A DNA stretch of 64,000 nucleotides from an uncultured delta proteobacterium. GTDB taxonomy: Bacteria > Desulfobacterota > Binatia > Binatales > Binataceae. Positions within the stretch are counted from its first letter, which is position 1, and each line of letters begins with the position of its first letter. A program made the translations under genes and the position numbers. The stretch is taken from contig CAVYTJ010000009.1 of the NCBI GenBank assembly GCA_963771325.1, forward strand, positions 157,339 through 221,338, read 5' to 3'. This document shows positions 26,514-35,083 of this stretch, piece after piece. Under the pieces are notes generated by a model, which saw nothing but the letters and a program-made list of their open reading frames with translations, made no database searches and was not told where the DNA came from.

Positions 26514-27518
26514 GTGACGTTGCGCTTCGAGGACGGGGTCGAAAAAGTGATCGAAGCCGGCGCGGACGAATTCGTGCTCGACGCAGCGCTGCGCCAGGGT
26601 GTGCCGCTGGTCTATCAGTGCCGTTCGGGAAGCTGCTCGACCTGCGTGGGACAGATGGTGAGCGGAAATCTCGAGATGGTGCGCGACCGCGCGCTCTCGC
26701 TCATCGCGGCGGAAGTCGCCGACGGCAAGCGCCTGCTCTGCAGCTCGCACGCGCTCGCGCCGAGCGTGGTTCGGCTGCACTACCCCAGTTCGCTGATTTA
26801 CGCGGAGGAGCGGCGCAATTTCGAAGCGCGTGTGGCCGGCGTCGAATGGCCTGTGCCCTCGGTCGCGAAACTCGCGATCGCGCTCGACCGCCGCGCCGGC
26901 GTTTCCTTCCACGCCGGCCAGTACGTGCGAATCAAGGTGCCCGGCACGGAGGAATGGCGCTCGTACTCGATGTGCTCGACGCCGCGCGATCTGCCGAAGA
27001 TGGAATTCCTGGTGCGGATAATCCCCGGCGGCGTGATGTCGGAATATCTGCGGACGGCGCGCGTGGGCGAACCGCTCGAAGTGGAAGGGCCGCTCGGCGC
27101 ATTCATCCTGCATCCGGGCAAGGGGCTGCACGTTTTCGTCGCCGGCGGCACCGGGCTCGCGCCGATTCTCGCGATGATCGATGAGATTCGGCGCGCGAGC
27201 GGGCCGAAACCAAAAATGCTGCTGAGCTTCGGATGCGCGAGCGACAAGACCTTCTTTTATCGCGACGAGATCGAATTGCGTCAGTGGTGGGTCCCTCAGC
27301 TAAACGTGCGGCTCTCGGCCGATCGCGTCGAGGATCAGGCTTCGGGTCTCATCCAGGGCACGCCGGTCGACGCGCTCGGCGTGGAGGCCATAAGCGATCC
27401 CGAGGCGTCGGCCTATCTGTGCGGTCCGCCGCCGATGATCGAAGGGGCGCGCCGGCGCCTGACGGAATTGGGTATGAGCCCCGAGCGAATCTATGCTGAA
27501 CGCTTCGTCGCAAGTTGA
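26514..27518 (+). CDS. Oxygenase reductase component: N-terminal plant-type [2Fe-2S] ferredoxin fused to an FNR-like FAD/NAD(P)-binding domain
   Basis: GTG start. CRSGSCSTC...C ferredoxin motif; RSYS FAD motif; GGTGLAP NAD motif. Confidence 0.85.
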   Translation: MTLRFEDGVEKVIEAGADEFVLDAALRQGVPLVYQCRSGSCSTCVGQMVSGNLEMVRDRALSLIAAEVADGKRLLCSSHALAPSVVRLHYPSSLIYAEERRNFEARVAGVEWPVPSVAKLAIALDRRAGVSFHAGQYVRIKVPGTEEWRSYSMCSTPRDLPKMEFLVRIIPGGVMSEYLRTARVGEPLEVEGPLGAFILHPGKGLHVFVAGGTGLAPILAMIDEIRRASGPKPKMLLSFGCASDKTFFYRDEIELRQWWVPQLNVRLSADRVEDQASGLIQGTPVDALGVEAISDPEASAYLCGPPPMIEGARRRLTELGMSPERIYAERFVAS

Positions 27519-27524
27519 ACGGCC

Positions 27525-29009
27525 ATGGCCAACACGCACGCAGTCGTAATCGGCGGAAGCTTCTCGGGCCTGTTCGCCGGCCGCGTGCTGAGCGACTTCT
27601 TCGATCGCGTCACCGTGCTCGACCGCGACAGCTTTCCCGAAGGGGTCGAGGATCGCGCCGGCGTCCCGCAGGCGCGCCATGTGCACGGTCTATTGGTCCG
27701 CGGACTTTGGGAGTACGAGCGCGCGTTTCCCGGCTTCGAGCATCTCGCGGTCGAGAAGGGCGCGACGTTTCACGACCATACCTGGGATTTCGTCGTGCTG
27801 CGGCCGCAGGGATGGCAGCCGCGTTACCGTTCCGACCTAAAATTTCTTAGCGCCAGCCGCGAGCTTATCGAATCGTGTGTGCGCGATCTTTTCCGCAAGC
27901 TGCCCAAGGTCGAACTGCGCGAGCGCGTCGCGGTGACGGGGCTTAAAGTTTCGCGCGACGGCGGCCGGCCGCGATGCGTCGGCGTGACGGTTCCGGCGGA
28001 CCAGCGCGGCAGCGCCGCGGTCAACAAAGACGACAAGGCCGCGGTGATTGAAGCCGATCTGATCGTCGACGCGAGCGGCGCAGTCTCGCGCGCGCCGGCA
28101 TGGCTGGAAGCGGCCGGACTCAAGCCGCCGCGCGAAAGCGTGGTCGATCCGCTAGCCGGCTATTCCTCGCGCTGGTTCAAAGGGCCGCCACCCGGCCAAT
28201 GGCCCGAGCAATGGTGGTGGTGGGCAGGCGCTTACATCCGGCGGCGCCCCGACGATCTGACCGAGGCCAACTTTCAGCTCAAGGAGCACAATCGCTGGCA
28301 TCTCACGCTCTCCGGTTTCAACCGCCGCTATCCGCCGACGCACGAGGCCGAGTTCATGGAGGCGCTCAAGCGGATGCGCTCGCCGATCATCGACGAGATG
28401 ACGCGGCTGATGGAACCGATCTCGCCGGTATACGCCAATCGCGCGATGCGCAATCACTGGCGTCACTACGAGCGCTGGAACGAGCGGCTGGACGGCTTTA
28501 TCGCGATCGGCGACGCGTTCTGCCACTACAATCCGGTGTATGCGCAGGGGATGACGGCGCTGGCGCTCTCGGCCACGATGCTGCGTGCGTGCCTGGAGAA
28601 ATACGCACCGGCGGCGCCGGAGTTCGCACGCGAGTTTTTCGACGCCGAGGCGCGGATTCAGCGCGACCCGTGGAAATTGTCGGCCGGCGTCGATTTGCGC
28701 TTTCCATTCACGCTTGGCGAGCGGCCGTTCTCGATGAAGTTGTTCAACCTTTATCTCGACGGCATCGGGTTGGCGGCGAAGGATCCGATCGTGCGCCGGC
28801 GCCTGGTCGAAGTTGCGCAGCTCATCCGTCCGCTTTCCGATCTTTTCGCGCCAGCCGTGGCAGGACGCGTTGGCGTCGCAGCCGCGGCCAGCGCGGTTAG
28901 CGCGCTGGCCGCATTGGTCGCGCGTCCTGAGCCGGTTGCGATTTCGCCGATGCCGCCGATGCTTGCACCGGCGGCCGCCGGGCGCGCCGGCGAAGCAGCG
29001 GTCGCATAG
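27525..29009 (+). CDS. FAD-dependent oxidoreductase / monooxygenase
   Basis: N-terminal dinucleotide-binding motif AVVIGGSFSGLFAG; DG/GD FAD motifs (IVDASGAVS; GDAFCHYNPVYAQGM). 6-nt gap after the reductase gene. Confidence 0.7.
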   Translation: MANTHAVVIGGSFSGLFAGRVLSDFFDRVTVLDRDSFPEGVEDRAGVPQARHVHGLLVRGLWEYERAFPGFEHLAVEKGATFHDHTWDFVVLRPQGWQPRYRSDLKFLSASRELIESCVRDLFRKLPKVELRERVAVTGLKVSRDGGRPRCVGVTVPADQRGSAAVNKDDKAAVIEADLIVDASGAVSRAPAWLEAAGLKPPRESVVDPLAGYSSRWFKGPPPGQWPEQWWWWAGAYIRRRPDDLTEANFQLKEHNRWHLTLSGFNRRYPPTHEAEFMEALKRMRSPIIDEMTRLMEPISPVYANRAMRNHWRHYERWNERLDGFIAIGDAFCHYNPVYAQGMTALALSATMLRACLEKYAPAAPEFAREFFDAEARIQRDPWKLSAGVDLRFPFTLGERPFSMKLFNLYLDGIGLAAKDPIVRRRLVEVAQLIRPLSDLFAPAVAGRVGVAAAASAVSALAALVARPEPVAISPMPPMLAPAAAGRAGEAAVA

Positions 29010-29102
29010 GCACAAAATGCGCCCCGCCGCTTCCGGACGCACCTTCTTTGTCCGAGAGCGTTGCGCAGCGCGATCCCTTCCGGGTCCTCTCCCTGCCGTC
29101 CC

Positions 29103-30281
29103 CTACGGAAACTTGAGGCGGACGATCTCCGCCCTGCGCACGGCGTCGGCCACCATCGTTTCGACGTCGAGAACGCTCTCGGCCGCGCGCACCTCGTCGA
29201 GGTTGGCGTGGGTCTCGGGATGCGGCGGAACGAACAGCGAGCAGCAGTCCTGGTCCGGCTGAATCGAGGTCTCGAAAGTGCCAAGCGCGCGCGCCTGGTC
29301 GACGATCTCGTTCTTGTCCATCCCGACCAGCGGACGCACCATCGGCAGCGCGGCGGCCTCCTCGATGACCGTCATGTTCTCCAGCGTCTGCGAGGCGACC
29401 TGGCCGAGACTCTCGCCCGTCACCAGCACGCGCGCGCCCGCGCGCCGGGCGAGCGCCTCCGCAATCCGCACCATGAAACGGCGGTAGAGCACCACGCGCA
29501 GCGGACGCGGCCCGCGCGCCACGATCTCGCGCTGGATGTCGGCGAACGCCACCAGCATCAGCGTCGATCGCGCCTGGTAGCGGGTGAGATGCTCCGCCAA
29601 CTCGGTCGCTTTCTCGCGGCTCGCCGCTGAGACCAGCGGATGGCTGTGGAAGTGGACGAAATCGAGCCTGAGGCCGCGGCGCATCATACGATGCGCGGCG
29701 ACCGGCGAGTCGATTCCGCCCGAGAGCAGGGCGATCCCATGCCCCGTGATACCCACTGGCAAGCCACCCGCGCCCGGCCGCTTGCCGGCTGCAAGATAGG
29801 CGGCGTCGGGGAGAATCTCGATCGTGATGACCAGCGCGGGATTCTCAAGGTCTACTTTAAGTGGTACATCGTCGTTGACCGCGTCGTCCTTGACCGCGGC
29901 GCCGACCGCCTGGTCGATTTCCATCGAGTTGAGCGCAAAACCCTTGTCGGCGCGCGTCGAGCGCACGCGAAAGGTGGCGGCGCTCCGATGCGCTCGCGCG
30001 ATCGCGATCGCCTCGCGCTTTATCTTCTCGATATCGCGCGCAACCGGGCGGCTCAGCGAAAAATTCTGCAATCCGAAGAGCAGCGCGGCGCGCTCGGCCG
30101 CGACCTCCTCGTCGATCTCCTCGGGAAGCTCGACGATAAGCCGCGGCCCCTCGCCACGCATCGCGCCCAGCTTAAAATCGGCGAAGACCGCGCGCAGGTT
30201 GCTCTTCAACTGATCGACGAAGCGCCACTGGTTGCGCCCCTTGAGCGCAATTTCGTGGTATCTTCCAATCAGGTAACGCAT
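29103..30281 (-). CDS. thiI: tRNA 4-thiouridine(8) synthase / thiamine-biosynthesis protein ThiI
   Basis: THUMP region plus PP-loop SGGIDSPVAAHRM. 392 aa. Confidence 0.9.
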   Translation of the reverse strand: MRYLIGRYHEIALKGRNQWRFVDQLKSNLRAVFADFKLGAMRGEGPRLIVELPEEIDEEVAAERAALLFGLQNFSLSRPVARDIEKIKREAIAIARAHRSAATFRVRSTRADKGFALNSMEIDQAVGAAVKDDAVNDDVPLKVDLENPALVITIEILPDAAYLAAGKRPGAGGLPVGITGHGIALLSGGIDSPVAAHRMMRRGLRLDFVHFHSHPLVSAASREKATELAEHLTRYQARSTLMLVAFADIQREIVARGPRPLRVVLYRRFMVRIAEALARRAGARVLVTGESLGQVASQTLENMTVIEEAAALPMVRPLVGMDKNEIVDQARALGTFETSIQPDQDCCSLFVPPHPETHANLDEVRAAESVLDVETMVADAVRRAEIVRLKFP

Positions 30282-30345
30282 CGTGATCGCTTACACCCGC
30301 AAGGCTCTCGTCCGCATCATATTTGCGGCGAGTCGGAACTGATAC

Positions 30346-30948
30346 ATGAGCGCACTGGAACCGATCAATCAGCGCCTCGCCCGCCTGCGCCAGGGCCTCG
30401 AGCCTGCCGATAGGCTCGCGCGCCATCGCAAGGGCGCGGGACGCGGCGCGGCCGTGCTGATGCCTATTTTCGAGCTCGACGGCGACCTGCACGTGGTCTA
30501 CATCCGGCGCTCCGACCACGTCGAAAGCCATCGCGGCCAGGTCGCGTTTCCCGGCGGCCGGGTCGATCCAACCGACGAGACCCTGCTCCACACGGCGCTG
30601 CGCGAGGCGCAGGAAGAGGTCGGGATCGACCCCGCGAGCGTCGACGTGCTGGGCGGCTTCGAGGGCACGGTGGCGCGCACGAGCGAGATCCACGTGACAC
30701 CATTCATCGGGGTTATCCCGGCCACTGCGGGCCTGCGCGCCGATCCGAAAGAGGTCGCCGCGATTTTCTTCGTCCCGATGAGCGCGCTGGAGGACCCAAG
30801 CTACCGTGGCACCTATCGCTTCCGGCGCGACAGCGGACAGGTGACCGAGCATCCGGCGATCTTCTACAACGACCAGGTCATCTGGGGACTCACGCTGCGC
30901 TTCACTGAGGAAGTGCTGAGCCGGATGAACGGCGCGGCTGCGCGCTGA
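30346..30948 (+). CDS. Nudix hydrolase, CoA pyrophosphatase (NudL-like)
   Basis: GQVAFPGGRVDP...ETLLHTALREAQEEVGI Nudix box plus upstream CoA-binding motif. Confidence 0.85.
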   Translation: MSALEPINQRLARLRQGLEPADRLARHRKGAGRGAAVLMPIFELDGDLHVVYIRRSDHVESHRGQVAFPGGRVDPTDETLLHTALREAQEEVGIDPASVDVLGGFEGTVARTSEIHVTPFIGVIPATAGLRADPKEVAAIFFVPMSALEDPSYRGTYRFRRDSGQVTEHPAIFYNDQVIWGLTLRFTEEVLSRMNGAAAR

Positions 30949-31057
30949 TGCGATAGGTTTTTCGATCTCGCCAACGAAATATGAAGAGGGCCGTTCATGA
31001 ACGGCCTACTTAATCGGCAAAAACTTCGGGCCATCACTTGCGCAAGGCCTCGAAGTG

Positions 31058-31465
31058 CTATCGCTGCGAGACGCAGATCAGAAGCTGGCCCTCAAGGCCC
31101 GCTGAACGATGCGTCCGGATCGCGGCAGCCTCGGGGGAGGACGTAATCTTCAGGAATTCCGCCGCCGAAGGATATTGAACGAGCGCCGCTCTGTCCCAGA
31201 GTCCCTCGACTTCGCCAATCGTAAGGTACTTGACGGCGCTGTCAAAGAGAAATTTGCCGCCACCGCGCTCGACGATCTTGCGCATTGTCTCGATGTAAAT
31301 ATCGAAGGCCTGCTCTCCTGTAAGGTCAGTCTCACGCCCATCGGAGTACTGCGCCTTGGCGCGGAATTTGAGGAGGTTGAGCATGACAATTGGTTGGGGC
31401 GACGAATCGTTGCGGAGCACCTCGATCTGACCTCTTACGGGGTACAGAGCGTTTTCGATTTCCAT
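31058..31465 (-). CDS. DUF1330 domain protein
   Basis: 135 aa; IVMLNLLKF...YSDGRE...EGLWDRAALVQYPS pattern typical of DUF1330. Lies in a lower-GC patch. Confidence 0.65.
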   Translation of the reverse strand: MEIENALYPVRGQIEVLRNDSSPQPIVMLNLLKFRAKAQYSDGRETDLTGEQAFDIYIETMRKIVERGGGKFLFDSAVKYLTIGEVEGLWDRAALVQYPSAAEFLKITSSPEAAAIRTHRSAGLEGQLLICVSQR

Positions 31466-31540
31466 GTTGTTTTTCCTCGCGAGATCAGATTCCCAAGGCT
31501 GATAATGTGGAATGCGGTGTGCCAGCCGTAGGCTAAACTA

Positions 31541-32779
31541 CTACTTAACCGAGATTTCCATTTTACCCTCGGATTCCAACTCGCTTCGTAGGCGAGACGG
31601 CGTTCCTCTGCAAGGTTTTAGCCGGTTTTGGGTCCACGGTGTTTCCAGCGCAGATTTCGGGGCTAGATCTATAGCCCTTCGCATCTTTACAATGGCCGCA
31701 TTCGCATCATGCTTGCCGTAAAGCAGCGCCATACCCCAATCGTAGTAGGCTAGAGCGTCGTTCGGATCGCGCGCGATAACCTTTTGATAATTGATGATAG
31801 CACCGTCGTAATCGCCCCTTTCGCCCAATGCTGTGCCCCAATTTAGGTATGCCAAGGTGTAGTTAGGATCAATATCGATAGCCCGGTGGAACTTGCGAAT
31901 CGCATCATTTAGCTCGTGCTTTTTAACAAGCGCAACACTCCAGTTATAGTACGTAGTCGCCTTCTTCGGATCGAATTGAACCGATAGCCGCAATTGCTCA
32001 AGAGCTTCATCGAACCTGCCCAATTTTATGAGCGCATTACCCAGATTGTTGTGAGCCACTGCCGATCTACGATCGAGTCCAATAGCCTTATCATATTGCT
32101 CAATTGCTCCTTTGACGTCGCCATGTTCGAAAAGCACGATGCCTAAGTTGTTGTATGGCTCTGCGAACGCTGGATCGCGCCTTATGGCCTCATGGAATAG
32201 TTCAATTGCTTTGTTAGAATCATGTTCGACTTCATAGGCGTACATGCCTAATATAAACGGATTGACAAGCTGAAGAATCTCTTGGGCGAGCGAGCTGATA
32301 GCTACTTGCGGAGACGTGGTGAATACTTCGACCGTTCTTGACGTGCGCTCCGTTGAATGTGTGAGCCGAACTGTGAGCAACAAGTGTTGCAAAGATGCTC
32401 CGTGATTTTCCGTAGCTGCTGAAACAACAGCGGGTACCAGCGCGATCTCTCCACTAATCCGAAAAGGCTCCCGTCCAAGAAAATCCTGTAGCAGCTGGAC
32501 AGCAGCCTTGAATGAGAGCTTGGTCGCGGGCACTTCGATATCGGGCATTGAATCGCTGTCGGGGAGCGCGAAGGTTTCTTTTCGCGTGGTTGCGTGACTT
32601 TCGATGTTGACTATCTGATCGACTATTTGATTCTCGATCGTTTGCGGAGTGTAGCCTGCCTGCTGGAACATCTCAGGCACCGCGAATTGGTCCACCCGTA
32701 CCACGCGAGGACGATGGTCGACGGCGGCGCGGTGTTGGTTGAGTAAAGTCGGCTCGCGAGCAACGGGTTCGATAAACAA
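31541..32779 (-). CDS. Tetratricopeptide-repeat protein with an N-terminal domain of unknown function
   Basis: At least 6 canonical TPR units (W-LG-Y-A-F-A-P pattern, e.g. AEPYNNLGIVLFEHGDVKGAIEQYDKAIGLDRRSAVAHNNLGNAL). GC about 48-50%. Confidence 0.65.
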   Translation of the reverse strand: MFIEPVAREPTLLNQHRAAVDHRPRVVRVDQFAVPEMFQQAGYTPQTIENQIVDQIVNIESHATTRKETFALPDSDSMPDIEVPATKLSFKAAVQLLQDFLGREPFRISGEIALVPAVVSAATENHGASLQHLLLTVRLTHSTERTSRTVEVFTTSPQVAISSLAQEILQLVNPFILGMYAYEVEHDSNKAIELFHEAIRRDPAFAEPYNNLGIVLFEHGDVKGAIEQYDKAIGLDRRSAVAHNNLGNALIKLGRFDEALEQLRLSVQFDPKKATTYYNWSVALVKKHELNDAIRKFHRAIDIDPNYTLAYLNWGTALGERGDYDGAIINYQKVIARDPNDALAYYDWGMALLYGKHDANAAIVKMRRAIDLAPKSALETPWTQNRLKPCRGTPSRLRSELESEGKMEISVK

Positions 32780-33111
32780 TTCATATCAAGGTAACCGAGC
32801 GTCAATATGAGGATAGTTCAATAGCCGTTCATTTGCTACTCAGCTTGGCGATTGGACTGTAAATTCCAGGCAGGTTGGCGAGTAACACAGCCGAGCTTCC
32901 TTGGCAGGTCTTGTCGTAGGCCAGCAGCGCCTGAGGATCGGTAGTGGACAGATCGATCGCATTAGAGCGGCGTTCGGCGTGGAAGTTCACCGTCGGACTG
33001 CCGAGAACGTCGGGTGGATCAGCCAATCTGCGACTTTGCGCCGGGAGTTTAAATCGATCGTCCCGGTGTAAGAGCCGTTGGTGAATGGCCGTCGGTGACT
33101 GATGCGGGTTT

Positions 33112-33529
33112 CTACTTCAGATAATCCAGCATCCCGCTCCGCAACATCCCTTCAAGATAAGGAATCACGTCGCTCATCCGCGCCAGTTCCTCGACCGTGA
33201 CCCATCGGCCCTCGACGTGCTCGTTGGGCCTCAGGACAAGCTCGCGGCGCGCATCCGCCGGCCGGCACGCGAAGAGCGCCTGCACGTATGGGTCCGGCGG
33301 CGCCTTGTAGAGTCCGAGTGCGCGTTCGATCTCGATCGCGAGTCCGGTCTCCTCGCCGACCTCGCGTGCCAGACACTCCTCGAAGCTCTCGCCGAGCGTT
33401 AGATGGCCGCCCGGGAAGATCCCAATGGCCCGGCCGATAGGGCATCCGCGCCGCGCGCCGCAGCACCACAAGGCGCCCGCGGTCGGCGATTATGCCGTGT
33501 ACTCCGATCCAGAACTGCGACTCCGGCAT
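33112..33529 (-). CDS. Nudix hydrolase interrupted by a +1 frameshift at about 33417-33425; pseudogene or sequencing indel
   Basis: N-terminus MPESQFWIGVHGIIADRGRLVVLRRAARMPYRPGHWDLPG is in frame A (33152..33529). Nudix box GHLTLGESFEECLAREVGEETG onward is in frame B (33112..33471). One extra G in cccGggcgg. Confidence 0.7.
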
Positions 33530-33591
33530 CTGCCTTCTCTTCAGAGTGTTTCGCTTTTCGCGACGCAGCAGGGGAGCGACGGAAACGCAGG

Positions 33592-33810
33592 TTATGCGGT
33601 TTCCCAGTCCTGCTGCTTGATGTCTGAAACTTGAAGAATGCGCTTAACAAGGTCGATGCCGATATCGCCTCGATGTGGATTCGGAACGCGCACGCTTAGT
33701 GCCCCGGGTTTGCTCATGAACTGGTGATTGCCTCCCGCGAAGGGGCCACCATAACCGAGTGCGCGCAACTTTCTAATGAACTCGCGACGCGAGCACGGAC
33801 GAAGAGCCAT
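33592..33810 (-). CDS. hicA: HicA-family mRNA-interferase toxin
   Basis: 72 aa, REFIRKLRALGY...GNHQFMSKPGALSVRVPNPHRGDIGIDLVKRIL; YcfA/HicA fold. Confidence 0.75.
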   Translation of the reverse strand: MALRPCSRREFIRKLRALGYGGPFAGGNHQFMSKPGALSVRVPNPHRGDIGIDLVKRILQVSDIKQQDWETA

Positions 33811-33819
33811 TTACTAGCG

Positions 33820-34080
33820 TTAGTCGTCGGCAACCTTTTGCAGATCGTCGTAAAGACTAACACCACCGACGGCTGGTATGCGGGTCCCAGCTTTGACGGT
33901 TACCTCAATCCAGCCATCCAGCGCCTCGAGGAGATCTTTTCTTGCCGCTTCGACAGTTGTTCCCGTAGCCCAAAGTCCAGCAAGTCCGGGAATCGAGGCA
34001 AACCACTCTCCGCTTTCCATCTTCTCGTACCGGGCGTGATCTATCGCGGTTTCGATGAATTGACGGTAGGTCGCCATCAT
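33820..34080 (-). CDS. hicB: HicB-family antitoxin (UPF0150)
   Basis: 86 aa, MMATYRQFIETAIDHARYEKMESGEWFASIPGLAGLWATGTTVEAARKDLLEAL; HicB N-terminal domain. 9-nt gap to hicA. Confidence 0.7.
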   Translation of the reverse strand: MMATYRQFIETAIDHARYEKMESGEWFASIPGLAGLWATGTTVEAARKDLLEALDGWIEVTVKAGTRIPAVGGVSLYDDLQKVADD

Positions 34081-34151
34081 TCAGAATAGTAAGCCGTCCT
34101 AAAGAATCACGCAATCGCGTAATCATTGGCGCTTACCACTGCACACAGGGA

Positions 34152-34338
34152 ATTATTCTTCCTGTTCAACTGTTTTCGATTGCGGCCGATTGCTCGTATT
34201 AGCTGTCGCAATGGAGCTCAGAATAAGGCGTCAGCGGGGGCGGATGGGGCCGCGCGGCGCGCGGCCCCATCCGCCCCCGCCGGGGGTCTCGATTCGCACG
34301 CGCTCGCCCGCGACGAGCCGTTCGTTGGCCTTGCCGGG
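34152..34338. repeat. Diverged direct-repeat copy (about 190 bp) of the hyuB 3' end plus downstream flank, including a 19-bp-stem hairpin (34237-34278)
   Basis: About 97% identity to 34974-35083 over the coding-derived part and about 80% over the upstream 80 bp. Hairpin GGGGCGGATGGGGCCGCGC-GGCG-GCGCGGCCCCATCCGCCCC. Confidence 0.8.
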
Positions 34339-34540
34339 GTTCGTAAAGATCGACGAGCTGGGGACGGAAGCGGCCGCGGCGAGCGCGGTGGTCGTAATGA
34401 TACCCCTGGCAGCGGTCGGGAGCTGGCCACCGCCATTCCAGATGATCGTGGATCATCCGTTCTTATTTGCGATCGCCGAGCAGCAGAGCGGCGCCATACT
34501 CTTCGTTGGAACGGTCACCGATCCCAGTCATCGAGACTGA
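34331..34540 (+). pseudogene. Orphan C-terminal fragment (about 65 aa) of a serpin (reactive-centre-loop hinge plus C-terminal strands), with no upstream serpin body
   Basis: KIDELGTEAAAASAVVVMIPLAAVGSWPPPFQMIVDHPFLFAIAEQQSGAILFVGTVTDPS. GTEAAAA-S/T-A hinge and the serpin signature I-V-D-H-P-F-L-F-x-I. Sequence 5' of it is the hyuB-derived repeat. Confidence 0.6.
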
Positions 34541-34897
34541 TAAAGGCGCGGGCTCAAAGAGGCTGGCGATGGTCCCTTACCGTGCACTGAAAGTATGAGA
34601 GGGAACGATGGATGGAACGACGAGGTCACGATGAGGGTATTCATAGTGGGTACTAGAGGGTCTTACGAGGGTTCACAGGTCGAGGGCGAGAACGCCGATT
34701 GCTGCGAAAAGGGATCTGTCAGGAATTTCGTGCGTGAGCAGTTAAGACTAAATGGCTGCTGCACAGCGCAGCAGTCGCCAAGAGCGACTGCATAATTATC
34801 CGCCAGCCGCAGCGACGGCCGCGGTCAAGGGCGGCGTGAGCCGGCGCGCATAGCGCGCGAACCCTTGAGGGCGAGCAGGCGCGAAGGCTATCGCGGA

Positions 34898-35083
34898 TTA
34901 TTCCTCCTATCAACTGTTTCTGAGTACGACCGATTGCACGTGTTAACGGTCGCAATGCGCTCAGATAGTTGGTGTCAGCGGGGGCGGATGGGGCCGCGCG
35001 CCGCGCGGCCCCATCCGCCCCCGCCGGGAGTTTCGATTCGCACGCGCTCGCCCGCGACGAGCCGTTCGTTGGCCTTGCCGGGA
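34898..35083. repeat. Parent copy of the roughly 190-bp repeat: 3' end of hyuB (last about 36 codons), hairpin (34981-35022) and downstream flank
   Basis: See copy at 34152-34338. The hairpin loop is GCCG here versus GGCG in the other copy, which is loop inversion. Confidence 0.8.
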
